Assembly (NCBI GenBank): GCA_030390025.1
Contig: JASTWF010000033.1
Coordinates: 3,598,001 to 3,662,000, forward strand
Direction: 5' to 3'
Length of the DNA: 64,000 nt
Origin: Squalus acanthias
Taxonomy: Eukaryota
Shown: piece after piece, positions 37,801-52,448 of the stretch
How positions within the stretch are numbered: position 1 is the first letter of the stretch
Layout of the letters: every line of letters starts with the position of its first letter
Translations under genes and position numbers: made by a program
The notes under the pieces: model-generated
What the model was told of the DNA's origin: nothing
What the model saw: only the letters and a program-made list of their open reading frames with translations
Databases searched by the model: none

Positions 37801-40800
37801 TGAGGGGCTGTATTAGTTTGAGGTACTGTATTAGTTTGAGGGGCTGTATTAGTTTGAGGGGCTGTATTAGTTTGAGTGGCTGTATTAGTTTGAGGTACTG
37901 TATTAGTTTGAGGGGCTGTATTAGTTTGAGGGTCTGTATTAGTTTGAGGGTCTGTATTATTTTGAGGGTCTGTATTAGTTTGAGGGACTGTATTAGTTTG
38001 AGGGGCACTATTAGTTTGAGGGGCTGTATTAATTTGAGGGGCTGTATTAGTTTGAGATACTGTTTAAGTTTGAGGGTCTGTATTAGTTTGAGGGGCTGTA
38101 TTAGTTTGAGGTACTGTTTAAGTTTGAGGGTCTGTATTAGTTTGAGGGTCTCTATTAGTTTGAGGGGCTGTATTAGTTTGAGGGGCTGTATTAGTTTGAG
38201 GGTCTGTATTAGTTTGAGGAGCTGTATTAATTTGAGGGTCTGCATTAGTTTGAGGAGCTGTATTTGTTTGAGGGGCTGTATTAGTTTGAGAGGCTGTATT
38301 AGTTTGAGGGTCTGTATTAGTTTGAGGGGCTGTATTAGTTTGAGGGGCTGTATTAGTTTGAGGGGCTGTATTAGATTGAGGGTCTGTATTAGTTTGAGGT
38401 ACTGTATTAGTTTGAGGGGCTGTATTAGTTTGAAGGGCTGTATTATTTTGAGTGGCTGTATTAGTTTGAGGAGCTGTATTAGTTTGAGGAGCTGTATTAG
38501 TTTGAGGAGCTGTATTAGTTTGAGGGGCTGTATTAGTTTGAGGGGCTGTATTAGTTTGAGGGGCTGTATTAGTTTGAGGGGCTGTATTAGTTTGAGGGGC
38601 TGTATTAGTTTGAGGGGCTGTATTAGTTTGAGGTACTGTATTAGTTTGAGGGCCTGTATTAGTTTGAAGGGCTGTATTAGTTTGAGTGGCTGTATTAGTT
38701 TGAGGTACTGTATTAGTTTGAGGGGCTGTATTAGTTTGAGGGTCTGTATTAGTTTGAGGGTCTGTATTATTTTGAGGGGCTGTATTAATTTGAGGGGCTG
38801 TATTAGTTTGAGGGGCTGTATTAGTTTGAGGGTCTGTATTAGTTTGAGGGTCTGTATTATTTTGAGGGGCTGTATTAATTTGAGGGGCTGTATTAGTTTG
38901 AGGGGCTGTATTAGTTTGAAGGGCTGTATTAGTTTGAGTGGCTGTATTAGTTTGAGGTACTGTTTAAGATTGAGGGTCTGTATTAGTTTGAGGTACTGTA
39001 TTAGTTTGAGGGGCTGTATTAGTTTGAAGGGCTGTATTAATTTGAGGGGCTGTATTAGTTTCAGGTACTGTTTAAGATTGAGGGTCTGTATTAGTTTGAG
39101 GGGCTGTATTAGTTTGAGGTACTGTATAAGTTTGAGGGTCTGTATTAGTTTGAGGGGCTGTATTAGTTTGAGGGTCTGTATTAGTTTGAGGGGAAGTGTT
39201 AGTTTGATGTACTGTATTAGTTTGAGGAGCTGTATTATTTTGAGGGGCTGTATTAGTTTGAGGAGCTGTATTAGTTTGAGGAGCAGTATTATTTAGAGGG
39301 GCTCAATTAGTTTTAGCGGCTGTATTAGTTTGAGGTACTGTATTAGTTTTAGGGTATTAATTAGTTTTAGGGGCTGTATTAGTTTGAGGGTCTGTATTAG
39401 GTTGAGGGTCTGTATTAGTTTGAGGTTTTCTATTAATTTGTTGGACTGTATTAGTTTGAGGGTCTGTATTAGTTTCAGGGTCTGTATTAGTTTCAGGGGC
39501 TGTATTAGTTTGATGGTCTGTATTAGTTTGAGGTGCTGTATTATTTTGAGGGTCTGTATTAGTTTGAGGGTCTGTTTTAGTTTGTGGGGCTGTATTAGTT
39601 TGAGGGTCTGTATTAGTTTGAGGTACTGTATTAGTTTGAGGAGCTGTATTAGTTTGAGGGGCTCTATTAGTTTGAGGGTCTGTATTAGTTTGAGGGTCTG
39701 TATTAGTTTGAGGGGCTGTATTAGTTTGAGTTTCTGTATCAGTTTGATGATCTGTATTAGTTTGTGGGTCTGTATTAGTTTGATGGACTGTATTAGTTTG
39801 AGGGTCTGTATTAGTTTGTGGTGCTGTATTAGTTTGAGGGTCTGTATTAGTTTGTGGTGCTGTATTAGTTTGAGGGTCTGTATTAGTTTGTGGTGCTGTA
39901 TTAGTTTGAGGGTCTGTATTAGTTTGTGGTGCTGTATTAGTTTGAGGGTCTGTATTAGTTTGAGGAGCTGTATTAGTTTGAGGAGCTCTATTAGTTTGAG
40001 GGTCTGTATTAGTTTGAGGGTCTGTATTATTTTGAGGGGCTGTATTAGTTTGAGTGTCTCTATTAGTTTGAGGGTCTCTATTAGTTTGAGGGGCTGTATT
40101 ATTTTGAGGGGCTGTATTAGTTTGAGGGTCTCTATTAGTTTGAGGTACTGTATTAATTTGAGGCGCTGTATTAGTTTGAGGAGCTGTATTTGTTTGAGGG
40201 GCTGTATTAGTTTGAGAGGCTGTATTAGTTTGAGGGTCTGTACTAGTTTGAGGAGCTGTATTAATTTGAGGGTCTGCATTAGTTTGAGTGTCTGTATTAG
40301 TTTGAGGGGCTGTATTAGTTTGAGGTGCTGTATTAGTTTGAGGAGCTGTATTTGTTTGAGGGGCTGTATTAGCTTGAGGAGCTGTATTAGTTTGAGGGTC
40401 TCTATTAGTTTCAGGGTCTGTATTAGTTTGAGGGGCTGTATTAGTTTGAGGGGCTGTATTAGTTTGAGGGTCTGGATTAGTTTGAGGGTCTGTATTAGTT
40501 TGAGGGGCTGTATTAGTTTGAGGGGCTGTATTAGTTTGAGGAGCTGTATTTGTTTGAGGGGCTGTATTAGTTTGAGGGAATATATTAGTTTGAGGGGCTG
40601 TATTAGTTTGAGGAGCTGTATTAGTTTGAGGGTCTGTATTAGTTTGAGGGGCTGTATTAGTTTGAGGGTCTGTATTAGTTTGAGGGGCTGTATTAGTTTG
40701 AGGGTCTCTATTAATTTGAGGATCTGTATTAGTTTGAGGGGCTGTATTAGTTTGAGGGGCTGTATTAGTTTGAGGAGCTGTATTAATTTGAGGGTCTGTA

Positions 40801-42418
40801 TTAGTTTGAGGGGCTGTATTAGTTTGAGTGTCTGTAGTAGTTTGATGGTCTGTATTAGTTTGAGGAGCTGTATTAGTTTGAGGGGCTGTATTAGTTTGAG
40901 GAGCTGTATTAGTTTGAGGAGCTGTATTAGTTTGAGGGGCTGTATTAGTTTGAGGATCTGTATTGGTTTGAGGGGCTGTATTAGTTTGAGGATCTGTATT
41001 GGTTTTAGGGGCTGTATTAGTTTGAGCGTCTGTATTAGTTTGAGTTACTGTATTAGTTTGAGGAGCTGTATTAGTTTGAGGGGCTGTATTAGTTTGAGGG
41101 TCTCTATTAGTTTGAGGAGCTGTATTAGTTTGAGGAGCTGTATTAGTTTGAGGGTCTGTATTAGTTTGAGGGGCTGTATTATTTTGAGTTGCTGTATTAG
41201 TTTGAGGAGCTGTATTAGTTTGAGGAGCTGTATTAGTTTGAGGGTCTGTTTTAGTTTGAGTTACTGTATTAGTTTGAGGAGCTGTATTATTTTCAGGGGC
41301 TGTATTAGTTTGAGGGGCTGTATTAGTTTGAGTTGCTGTATTAGTTTGAGGAGCTGTATTAGTTTGAGGAGCTGTATTAGATTGAGGGGCTGTATTAATT
41401 TGAGGCTCTCTATTAGTTTGAGGGGCTGTATTATTTTGAGGGGCTGTATTAGTTTGAGGGGCTGTAATAGTTTGAGGAGCTGTATTAGTTTGAGGAGCTG
41501 TATTAGATTGAGGGGCTGTATTAATTTGAGGCTCTCTATTAGTTTGAGCGGCTGTATTATTTTGAGGGTCTGTATTAGTTTGAGGGGCTGTATTAGTTTG
41601 AGGGTCTCTATTAATTTGAGGATCTGTATTAGTTTGAGGAGCTGTATTAGTTTGAGGAGCTGTATTAGTTTCCGGAGCTGTATTAGCTTGAGGAGCTGTA
41701 TTAATTTGAGGGTCTGTATTAATTTGAGGGTCTGTATTAGTTTGAGGGTCTGTATTAGTTTGAGAAGCTGTATTAGTTTGAGGAGCTGTATTAGTTTGAG
41801 GGTCTGTATTAGTTTGAGGAGCTGTATTAGTTTGAGGGTCTGTATTAGTTTGAGGAGCTGTATTAATTTGAGGGTCTGTATTAATTTGAGGGGCTGTATT
41901 AGTTTGAGGGTCTGTATTAGTATGAGGAGCTGTATTAGTTTGAGGAGCTGTATTAGTTTGAGGAGCTGTATTAGTTTGAGGGGCTATATTAGTTTGAGGG
42001 TCTGTATTAGTTTGAGGAGCTGTATTAGTTTGAGTGACTGTATTAGTTTGAGGAGCTGTATTAGTTTGAGGAGCTGTATTAGTTTGAGTGACTGTATTAG
42101 TTTGAGGAGCTGTATTAGTTTGAGGAGCTGTATTAGTTTGAGGGACTGTATCAGTTTAAGGGTCTGTATTAGATTGAGGAGCTTTATTAGTTTTAGGGGC
42201 TGTATTTGTTTGATGTACTGTATCAGTTTAAGGGTCTGTATTAGTTTGAGTGACTGTATTAGTTTGAGGGTCTCTATTAGATTGAGGAGCTGTATTAGTT
42301 TTAGGGGCTGTATTAGTTTGATGTACTGTATCAGTTTAAGGGTCTGTATTAGTTTGAGGGTCTGTATTAGTTTGAGGGTCTGTATTAGTTTGAGGTTCTC
42401 TATTAATTTGTTGGACTG

Positions 42419-43746
42419 GACAGGATAGGATAGGACAGAGTCAACATGGATTTACAAAGGGTAAATCGTGCTTGACTAATCTATTGGAATTTTTTGAGGG
42501 AGTAACTGGTAAAATAGATGGGGGAGAGCCAGTAGATGTGGTGTACCTGGACTTCCAAAAGGCCTTCGATAAGGTCCCACATAAAAGATTAGCAGGGAAA
42601 ATTGAAGCTCATGGGATAAAGGGGAATGTATTGACGTGGATAGAGAACTGGCTGTCAGATAGAAAACAGAGAGTTGGAATAAAAGGCTCATTTTCTGAAT
42701 GGCAGGCAGTAACAAGTGGGGTACCACAGGGATCTGTCCTGGGTCCCCAGCTGTTCACAATTTACATTAATGACCTGGATCAGGGAGTCGGATGCAGCAT
42801 TTCCAAATTTGCAGACGACACTAAACTAGGAGGGGGTGTGGGCTCAGAGGAGGAGACCAGGAAGCTCCAGAGCGATTTGGACAGACTGGGTGATTGGGCG
42901 GATAAATGGCAGATGCACTATAATGTGGACAAGTGCGAAGTTATCCACCTTGGGTGCAGGAACGGGAGGGCAAATTATTATTTAAATGGCAATAAATTGG
43001 GAGAGGGGGAAGTACAGAGAGACCTGGGTGTTCTTGTACACCAGTCACTGAAGGCGAGCATGCAGGTGCAACAGGCGATCAAGAAGGCAAACGGTATGCT
43101 GGCCTTCATAGCAAAAGGGTTGGAATACAGGAACAGGGATACCTTGCTGCAGCTGTACAGGGCACTGGTGAGACCACACCTCGAGTACTGTGTACAGTTT
43201 TGGTCGCCTCATCTGAGGAAAGATGTTCTTGCCATGGAGGGGGTGCAGCGGCGATTCACCAGGCTGATACCAGGAATGGCGGGATTGACCTATGAGGAGA
43301 GACTATGTAGTTTAGGGATGTACACACTGGAGTTTAGAAGATTGAGAGGGGACCTCATAGAAGTGTATAAAATTCTGACAGGTCTAGACAGACTAGATGC
43401 AGAAGGAATGTTTCCCTTGGCGGGTGAGAACAGAACTAGAGGACATAATTTAAGGATAAGGGCTAAACCATTTAGGACAGAAATGAGGGGGAATTTCTTC
43501 ACTCAGAGGGTGGTGAACCTGTGGAACTCATTGCCACAGAGGGCAGTGTACGCCAGCTCATTAAATATATTTAAGAGGGAATTAGATATATTTCTACAGG
43601 CAAAAGGGGTTAAGGGTTACGGAGAGAAGGCGGGGACGGGATACTGAATTGGAGGATCAGCCATGATCTCATTAAATGGCGGAGCAGGCTCAAAGGGCCG
43701 GATGGCCTACTCCTGCTCCTATCTTCTATGTATCTATGTATCTATG
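42419..43746 (+). mobile_element. 5'-truncated CR1 LINE, copy B (duplicate of 28336-29663); reading frame still open
   Basis: Same junctions as copy A at a constant offset of 14083. ORF 42472-43647 (391 aa) holds the RT motifs but has no endonuclease or promoter. Confidence 0.96.
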
Positions 43747-46700
43747 TATTAGTTTGAGGGTCTATATTAGTTTCAGGGTCTGTATTAGTTTGAGGGGCTG
43801 TATTAGTTTGAGGGCTGTATTAGTTTGAGGAGCTGTATTAATTTGAGGTTCTGTATTAGTTTGAGGGGCTGTATTAGTTTGAGGAGCTGTATTAGTTTGA
43901 GGGGCTGTATTAGTTTGAGGGGCTGTATTAGTTTGAGGGGCTGTATTAGTTTGAGGGTCTGTATTAGTTTGAGGGGCTGTATTAGTTTGAGTTACTGTAT
44001 TAGTTTGAGGAGCTGTATTAGTTTGAGGGTCTGTATTAGTTTGAGGGGCTGTATTAGTTTGAGGGTCTGTATTAGTTTAAGGAGCTGTATTAGTTTGAGT
44101 TACTGTATTAGTTTGAGGAGCTGTATTAGTTTGAGGAGCTGTATTAGTTTGATGGTCTGTTTTAGTTTGAGGGGCTGTATTAGTTTGAGGGTCTGTATTA
44201 GTTTAAGGATCTGTATTAGTTTGAGTTCCTGTATTAGTTTGAGGAGCTGTATTAGTTTGAGGAGCTGTATGAGATTGAGGAGCTGTATTAGATTGAGGGT
44301 CTCTATTAGTTTGCGGGGCTCTATTATTTTCAGGGGCTGTATTAGTTTGAGGAGCTGTATTAGTTTGAGTTACTGTATTAGTTTGAGGGTCTGTATTAGT
44401 TTGAGGAGCTGTATTAGTTTGAGGGTCTGTTTTAGTTTGAGGGTCTGTATTAGTTTAAGGATCTGTATTAATTTGAGGGTCTGTATTAATTTGAGGGGCT
44501 GTATTAGTTTGAGGAGCTGTATTAGTTTGAGGTACTGTATTAGTTTGAGGAGCTGTATTAGTTTGAGGATCTGTATTAGTTTGAGGAGCTGTATTAGTTT
44601 GAGGTACTGTATTAGTTTGAGGATCTGTATTAGTTTGAGCAGCTGTATTAGTTTGAGGTACTGTATTAGTTTGAGGAGCTGTATTAGTTTGAGAAGCTGT
44701 ATTAGTTTGAGGGGCTGTATTAGTTTGAGGGGCTGTATTAGTTTGAGGGACTGTATTAGTTTGAGGATCTGTATTAGTTTGAGGGGCTGTATTAATTTGA
44801 GGAGCTGTATTAGTTTGAGGGTCTGTATTAGTTTGAGGAGCTGTATTAGTTTGAGGAGCTGTATTAGTTTTAGGCTATTAATTAGTTTTAGGGGCTGTAT
44901 CAGTTTTAGGGGCTGTATTAGTTTGAGGGTCTGTATTAGGTTGAGGGTCTGTATTAGTTTGAGGTTCTCTATTAATTTGTTGAACTGTATTAGTTTGAGG
45001 GTCTGTATTAGTTTCAGGGTCTGTATTAGTTTGAGGGGCTGTATTAGTTTGATGGTCTGTATTAGTTTGAGGTGCTGTATTATTTTGATGGTCTGTATTA
45101 GTTTGTGGGTCTGTATTAGTTTGATGGACTGTATTAGTTTGAGGTTCTGTATTAGCTTGAGGAGCTGTAGTAGTTTGAGGGTCTGTATTAGTTTGAGGGT
45201 CTGTATTAGTTTGAGGGTCTGTATTAGTTTGAGGGGCTGTATTAGTTTGAGGGGCTGTATTAGTTTGAGGAACTGTATTAGTTTGAGGGGCTGTATTAGT
45301 TTGAGGGGCTATATTAGTTTGAGGGGCTGTATTAGTTTGATTGGCTGAATTATTTTGAAGAACTATATTAGTTTCAGGGGCTGTATTAATTGGAGGGGCT
45401 GCATTAGTTTGAGGATCTGTATTAGTTTGAGGGGCTGTATTAGTTTGAGGGGCTGTATTAGTTTGAGGGTCTGTATTAGTTTGAGGATCTGTATTAGTTT
45501 GAGGATCTATATTAGTTTGAGGGGCTGTATTAGTTTGAGTGTCTGTATTAGTTTGAGGGGCTGTATTAGTTTGAGGGGCTGTATTAGTTTGACGGGCTGT
45601 ATTAGTTTGAGGGTCTGTATTACTTTGAGGTACTGTATTAGTTTGAGGATCTGTATTCGTTTGAGGGGCTGTATTAGTTTGAGGGGCTGTATTAGTTTGA
45701 GGGCTGTATTAGTTTGAGGGTCTGTATTAGTTTGAGGGCTGTATTAGTTTGAGGGTCTGTATTAGTTTGAGGGCTGTATTAGTTTGAGGGTCTGTATTAG
45801 TTTGAGGGTCTGTATTAGTTTGAGGGTCTGTATTAGTTTGAGGGTCTGTATTAGTTTGAGGGCTGTATTAGTTTGAGGGTCTGTATTAGTTTGAGGGGCT
45901 GTATTAGTTTGAGGGCTGTATTAGTTTGAGGGCTGTATTAGTTTGAGGGGCTGTATTAGTTTGAGGGTCTGTATTAGTTTGAGGGGCTGTATTAGTTTGA
46001 GGGCTGTATTAGTTTGAGGGTCTGTATTAGTTTGAGGGGCTGTATTAGTTTGAGGGCTGTATTAGTTTGAGGGACTGTATTAGTTTGAGGGGCTGTATTA
46101 GTTTGAGGGGCTGTATTAGTTTGAGGGCTGTATTAGTTTGAGGGTCTGTATTAGTTTGAGGGGCTGTATTAGTTTGAGGGCTGCATTAGTTTGAGGTACT
46201 GTATTAGTTTGAAGTACTGTATTAGTTTGAGGGGCTGTATTAGTTTGAGGTACTGTATTAGTTTGAGGTACTGTATTAGTTTGAGGAGCTGTATTATTTT
46301 GAGGTACTGTATTAATTTAAGGGTCTGTATTAGTTGAGGTGCTGTATTAGTTTGAGGGTCTGTATTAGTTTGAGGGTCTGTATTAGTTTGTTGGTCTGTA
46401 TTAGTTTGAGGGGCTGTATTAGTTTAAGGGTCTGTATTAGTTTGAGGGTCTGTATTAGTTTGAGGGGCTGTATTAGTTTGAGGGGCTGTATTAGTTTAAG
46501 GGTCTGTATTAGTTTGAGGGTCTGTATAAGTTTGAGGAGTTGTATTAATTTAAGGTGCTGTATTAGTTTGAGGCGTTGTATTAGTTTGAGGATCTGTATT
46601 AGTTTGAGGGGCTGTATTAGTTTGAGGAGCTGTATTAGTTTGAGGGTCTGTATTAGTGTGAGGGGCTGTATTAGTTTGAGGGTCTGTATTAGTTTGAGTG

Positions 46701-49700
46701 TCTGTATAGTTTGAGGGAGCTGTATTAGTTTGAGGAGCTGTATTAGTTTGAGGAGCTGTATTAGTTTGAGGTTCTGTATTAGTTTGAGGAGCTGTATTAG
46801 TTTGAGGACTGTATTAGTTTGAGGTGCTGTATTAGTTTGAGGAGCTGTATTAGTTTGAGGGTCTGTATTAGTTTGAGGGTCTGTATTAGTTTGAGGATCT
46901 GTATTAGTTTGAGGGTCTGTATTAGTTTGAGGTCTGTATTAGTTTGAGGAGCTGTATTAGTTTGAGGGTCTGTATTAGTTTGAGGGTCTGTATTAGTTTG
47001 AGGAGCTGTATTAGTTTGAGGAGCTGTATAGTTTGAGGGTCTGTATTAGTTTGAGCGGTCTGTATTAGTTTGAGGGTCTGTATTAGTTTGAGGTAGCTGT
47101 ATTAGTTTGAGGGACTGTATTAGTTTGAGGGCTGTATTAGTTTGAGGTGCTGTATTAGTTTGAGGAGCTGTATTAGTTTGAGGAGCTGTATTAGTTTGAG
47201 GGCTGTATTAGTTTGAGGGGCTGTATTAGTTTGAGGGGCTGTATTAGTTTGAGGGGCTGTATTAGTTTGAGGGTCTGTATTAGTTTGAGGGGCTGTATTA
47301 GTTTGAGGTGCTGTATTAGTTTGAGGGGCTGTATTAGTTTGAGGGTCTGTATTAGTTTGAGGGGCTGTATTAGTTTGAGGGGCTGTATTAGTTTGAGGGG
47401 CTGTATTAGTTTGAGGGTCTGTATTAGTTTGAGGGGCTGTATTAGTTTGAGGGGCTGTATTAGTTTGAGGGGCTGTATTAGTTTGAGGGTCTGTATTAGT
47501 TTGAGGAGCTGTATTAGTTTGAGGGGCTGTATTAGTTTGAGGGGCTGTATTAGTTTGAGGGGCTGTATTAGTTTGAGGGCTGTATTAGTTTGAGGGGCTG
47601 TATTAGTTTGAGGGGCTGTATTAGTTTGAGGGGCTGTATTAGTTTGAGGGGCTGTATTAGTTTGAGGGGCTGTATTAGTTTGAGGGTCTGTATTAGTTTG
47701 AGGGGCTGTATTAGTTTGAGGGGCTGTATTAGTTTAAGGGCTGTATTAGTTTGAGGTCTGTATTAGTTTGAGGAGCTGTATTAGTTTGAGGTGCTGTATT
47801 AGTTTGAGGGTCTGTATTAGTTTGAGGGGCTGTATTAGTTTGAGGGGCTGTATTAGTTTGAGGAGCTGTATTAGTTTGAGGGTCTGTATTAGTTTGAGGG
47901 GCTGTATTAGTTTGAGGTCTGTATTAGTTTGAGGGCTGTATTAGTTTGAGGAGCTGTATTAGTTTGAGGAGCTGTATTAGTTTGAGGGTCTGTATTAGTT
48001 TGAGGTCTGTATTAGTTTGAGCAGCTGTATTAGTTTGAGGATCTGTATTAGTTTGAGCAGCTGTATTAGTTTGAGGATCTGTATTAGTTTGAGCAGCTGT
48101 ATTAGTTTGAGGTACTGTATTAGTTTGAGGAGCTGTATTAGTTTGAGGATCTGTATTAGTTTGAGGAGCTGTATTAGTTTGAGGTACTGTATTAGTTTGA
48201 GGAGCTGTATTAGTTTGAGGATCTGTATTAGTTTGAGGAGCTGTATTAGTTTGAGGATCTGTATTAGTTTGAGCAGCTGTATTAGTTTGAGGATCTGTAT
48301 TAGTTTGAGCAGCTGTATTAGTTTGAGGTACTGTATTAGTTTGAGGAGCTGTATTAGTTTGAGAAGCTGTATTAGTTTGAGGGGCTGTATTAGTTTGAGG
48401 GGCTGTATTAGTTTGAGGGACTGTATTAGTTTGAGGATCTGTATTAGTTTGAGGGGCTGTATTAGTTTGAGGGGCTGTATTAGTTTGAGGGACTGTATTA
48501 GTTTGAGGATCTGTATTAGTTTGAGAAGCTGTATTAGTTTGAGGGGCTGTATTAGTTTGAGGGACTGTATTAATTTGAGGAGCTGTATTAGTTTGAGGAG
48601 CTGTATTAGTTTTAGGCTATTAATTAGTTTTAGGGGCTGTATTAGTTTTAGGGGCTGTATTAGTTTGAGGTACTGTATTCGTTTGATGTACTGTATCAGT
48701 TTAAGGGTCTGTATTAGTTTGAGGGTCTGTATTAGGTTGAGGGTCTGTATTAGTTTGAGGTTCTCTATTAATTTGTTGAACTGTATTAGTTTGAGGGTCT
48801 GTATTAGTTTCAGGGTCTGTATTAGTTTGAGGGGCTGTATTAGTTTGATGGTCTGTATTAGTTTGAGGTGCTGTATTATTTTGATGGTCTGTATTAGTTT
48901 GTGGGTCTGTATTAGTTTGATGGACTGTATTAGTTTGAGGGTCTGTATTAGCTTGAGGAGCTGTAGTAGTTTGAGGGTCTGTATTAGTTTGAGGGTCTGT
49001 ATTAGTTTGAGGGTCTGTATTAGTTTGAGGGGCTGTATTAGTTTGATTGGCTGTATTAGTTTGAGGAACTGTATTAGTTTGAGGGGCTGTATTAGTTTGA
49101 GGGGCTATATTAGTTTGAGGGGCTGTATTAGTTTGATTGGCTGAATTATTTTGAAGAACTATATTAGTTTCAGGGGCTGTATTAATTGGAGGGGCTGCAT
49201 TAGTTTGAGGGGCTGTATTAGTTTGAGGGGCTGTATTAGTTTGAGGGGCTGTATTAGTTTGAGGGTCTGTATTAGTTTGAGGATCTGTATTAGTTTGAGG
49301 ATCTATATTCGCTTGAGGGGCTGTATTAGTTTGAGTGTCTGTATTAGTTTGAGGGGCTGTATTAGTTTGAGGGGCTGTATTAGTTTGACGGGCTGTATTA
49401 GTTTGAGGGTCTGTATTACTTTGAGGTACTGTATTAGTTTGAGGATCTGTATTCGTTTGAGGGGCTGTATTAGTTTGAGGGGCTGTATTAGTTTGAGGAG
49501 CTGTATTAGTTTGAGGGTCAGTATTACTTTGAGGTTCTCTATTAGTCTGAGGGTCTGTATTAGATTGAGGTTCTCTGTTAGTTTGAGGTTCTCTATTAGT
49601 TTGAGAATCTGTATTAGTTTGAGGTTCTCTATTAGTTTGAGGGTCTGTATTACATTGAGATTCTCTATTAGTTTGAGGTTCTCTATTAGTTTGAGGATCT

Positions 49701-52448
49701 GTATTAGTTTGAGGTTCTCTATTAGTTTGAGGGGCTGCATTAGTTTGAGGAGCTGTATTAGTTTGAGTTTCTCTATTAGTTTGAGGGGCTCCATTAGTTT
49801 GAGGGGCTGTATTAGTTTGAGGGGCTGTATTAGTTTGAGGGTCTGTATTAGATTGAGGGGCTGTGTTAGTTTGAGGGGCTGTATTAGTTTGAGGGACTGT
49901 ATTAGTTTGAGGGGCTGTATTAGTTTGAGGGACTGTATTAGTTATGAGTTTGAGGAGCTTTATTAGTTTAAGGGTCTGTATTAGTTTGAGGGTCTGTAAT
50001 ATTTTGAGGAGCTGCATTAGTTTGAGGTACTGTATTAGTTTGAAGTACTGTATTAGTTTGAGGGGCTGTATTAGTTTGAGGTACTGTATTAGTTTGAGGT
50101 ACTGTATTAGTTTGAGGAGCTGTATTATTTTGAGGTACTGTATTAATTTAAGGGTCTGTATTAGTTGAGGTGCTGTATTAGTTTGAGGTTCTGTATTAGT
50201 TTGAGGGTCTGTATTAGTTTGTTGGTCTGTATTAGTTTGAGGGGCTGTATTAGTTTGAGGGGCTGTATTAGTTTAAGGGTCTGTATTAGTTTGAGGGTCT
50301 GTATTAGTTTGAGGGGCTGTATTAGTTTGAGGGGCTGTATTAGTTTAAGGGTCTGTATTAGTATGAGGGTCTGTAATAGTTTGAGGAGTTGTATTAATTT
50401 AAGGTGCTGTATTAGTTTGAGGCGTTGTATTAGTTTGAGGATCTGTATTAGTTTGAGGGGCTGTATTAGTTTGAAGGGCTGTATTAGTTTGAGGGTCCAT
50501 ATTAGTTTGAGGGGCTGTATTAGTTTGAGGGGCTGTATTAGTTTGAGGGGCTGTATTAGTTTGAGGAGTTGCATTAGTTTAACGTGCTGTATTAGTTTGA
50601 GGATCTGTATTAGTTTGAGGAGCTGTATTAGTTTGAGGGTCTGACTTAGTTTGAGGAGCTGTATTAGTTTGAGGGTCTGTATTAGTTTGAGGGGCTGTAT
50701 TAGTTTGAGGATCTGTATTAGTTTGAGGAGCTGTATTAGTTTGAGGGTCTGTCTTAGTTTGAGGGGCTGTATTAGTTTGAGGGTCTGTATTAGTTTGAGT
50801 GTCTGTCTTAGTTTGAGGGGCTGTATTATTTTGAGGGGCTGTATTAATTTTAGGGGCTGTATTAGTTTGAGTTACTGTATTAGTTTGAGGAGCTGCATTA
50901 GTTTGAGGAGTTGTATTAGTTTGAGGGTCTGTTTTAGTTTGAGGGTCTGTATTAGTTTAAGGATCTGTATTAATTTGAGGGTCTGTATTAATTTGAGGGG
51001 CTGTATTAGTTTGAGGAGCTGTATTAGTTTGAGGAGCTGTATTAGTTTGAGGTACTGTATTAGTTTGAGGGTCTGTATTAGTTTGAGGGTCTGTATTAGT
51101 TTGAGGAGCTGTATTAGTTTGAGGAGCTGTATTAGTTTGAGGAGCTGTATTAGTTTGAGGGTCTGTATTAGTTTGAGGAGCTGTATTAGTTTGAGGAGCT
51201 GTATTAGTTTTAGGCTATTAATTAGTTTTAGGGGCTGTATTAGTTTTAGGGGCTGTATTCGTTTGATGTACTGTATCAGTTTAAGGGTCTGTATTAGTTT
51301 GAGGGTCTGTATTAGGTTGAGGGTCTGTATTAGTTTGAGGTTCTCTATTAATTTGTTGGACTGTATTAGTTTGAGGGTCTGTATTAGTTTCAGGGTCTGT
51401 ATTAGTTTGAGGGGCTGTATTAGTTTGATGGTCTGTATTAGTTTGAGGTGCTGTATTATTTTGATGGTCTGTATTAGTTTGTGGGTCTGTATTAGTTTGA
51501 TGGACTGTATTAGTTTGAGGGTCTGTATTAGCTTGAGGAGCTGTAGTAGTTTGAGGGTCTGTATTAGTTTGAGGGTCTGTATTAGTTTGAGGGTCTGTAT
51601 TAGTTTGAGTGGCTGTATTAGTTTCAGGGGCTGTATTAGTTTGAGGAACTGTATTAGTTTGAGGGGCTGTATTAGTTTGAGGGGCTATATTAGTTTGAGG
51701 GGCTGTATTAGTTTGATTGGCTGAATTATTTTGAAGAACTATATTAGTTTCAGGGGCTGTATTAATTTGAGGGGCTGCATTAGTTTGAGGGTCTGTATTA
51801 GTTTGAGAGTCTGTATTAGTTTGAGGGTCTGTATTATTTTGAGGGTCTGTATTAGTTTGAGGAGTTGTATTCGTTTGAGGAGGTATATTAGTTTGAGGGT
51901 CTGTATTAGTTTGAGGGGCTGTATTAGTTTGAGGGGCTGTATTAGTTTGAGGGTCTGTATTAGTTTGAGGATCTGTATTAGTTTGAGGATCTATATTAGT
52001 TTGAGGGGCTGTATTAGTTTGAGTGCCTGTATTAGTTTGAGGGGCTGTATTAGTTTGAGGGGCTGTATTAGTTTGACGGGCTGTATTAGTTTGAGGGTCT
52101 GTATTACTTTGACGTACTGTATTAGTTTGAGGATCTGAATTCGTTTGAGGGGCTGTATTAGTTTGAGGGGCTGTATTAGTTTGAGGGGCTGTATTAGTTT
52201 GAGGAGCTGTATTAGTTTGAGGGTCAGTATTACTTTGAGGTACTGTATTAGTTTGAGGATCTGTATTAGTTTGAGGGGCTGTATTAGTTTGAGGGTCTGT
52301 ATTAGTTTGAGGGGCTGTATTAGTTTGAGGGGCTGTATTAGTTTGAGGAGCTGTATTAGTTTGAGGAGCTGTATAAGTTTGAAGGTCAGTATTACTTTGA
52401 GGTACTGTATTAGTTTGTGGATCTGTATTAGTTTGAGGAGCTTTATTG

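Noticed and set aside
42472..43647. Intact 391-aa reverse transcriptase ORF as a functional or domesticated gene
   Set aside because: It is a 5'-truncated CR1 with a TTG pseudo-start and no endonuclease or promoter. Its twin already carries a stop, so the open frame reflects young age.
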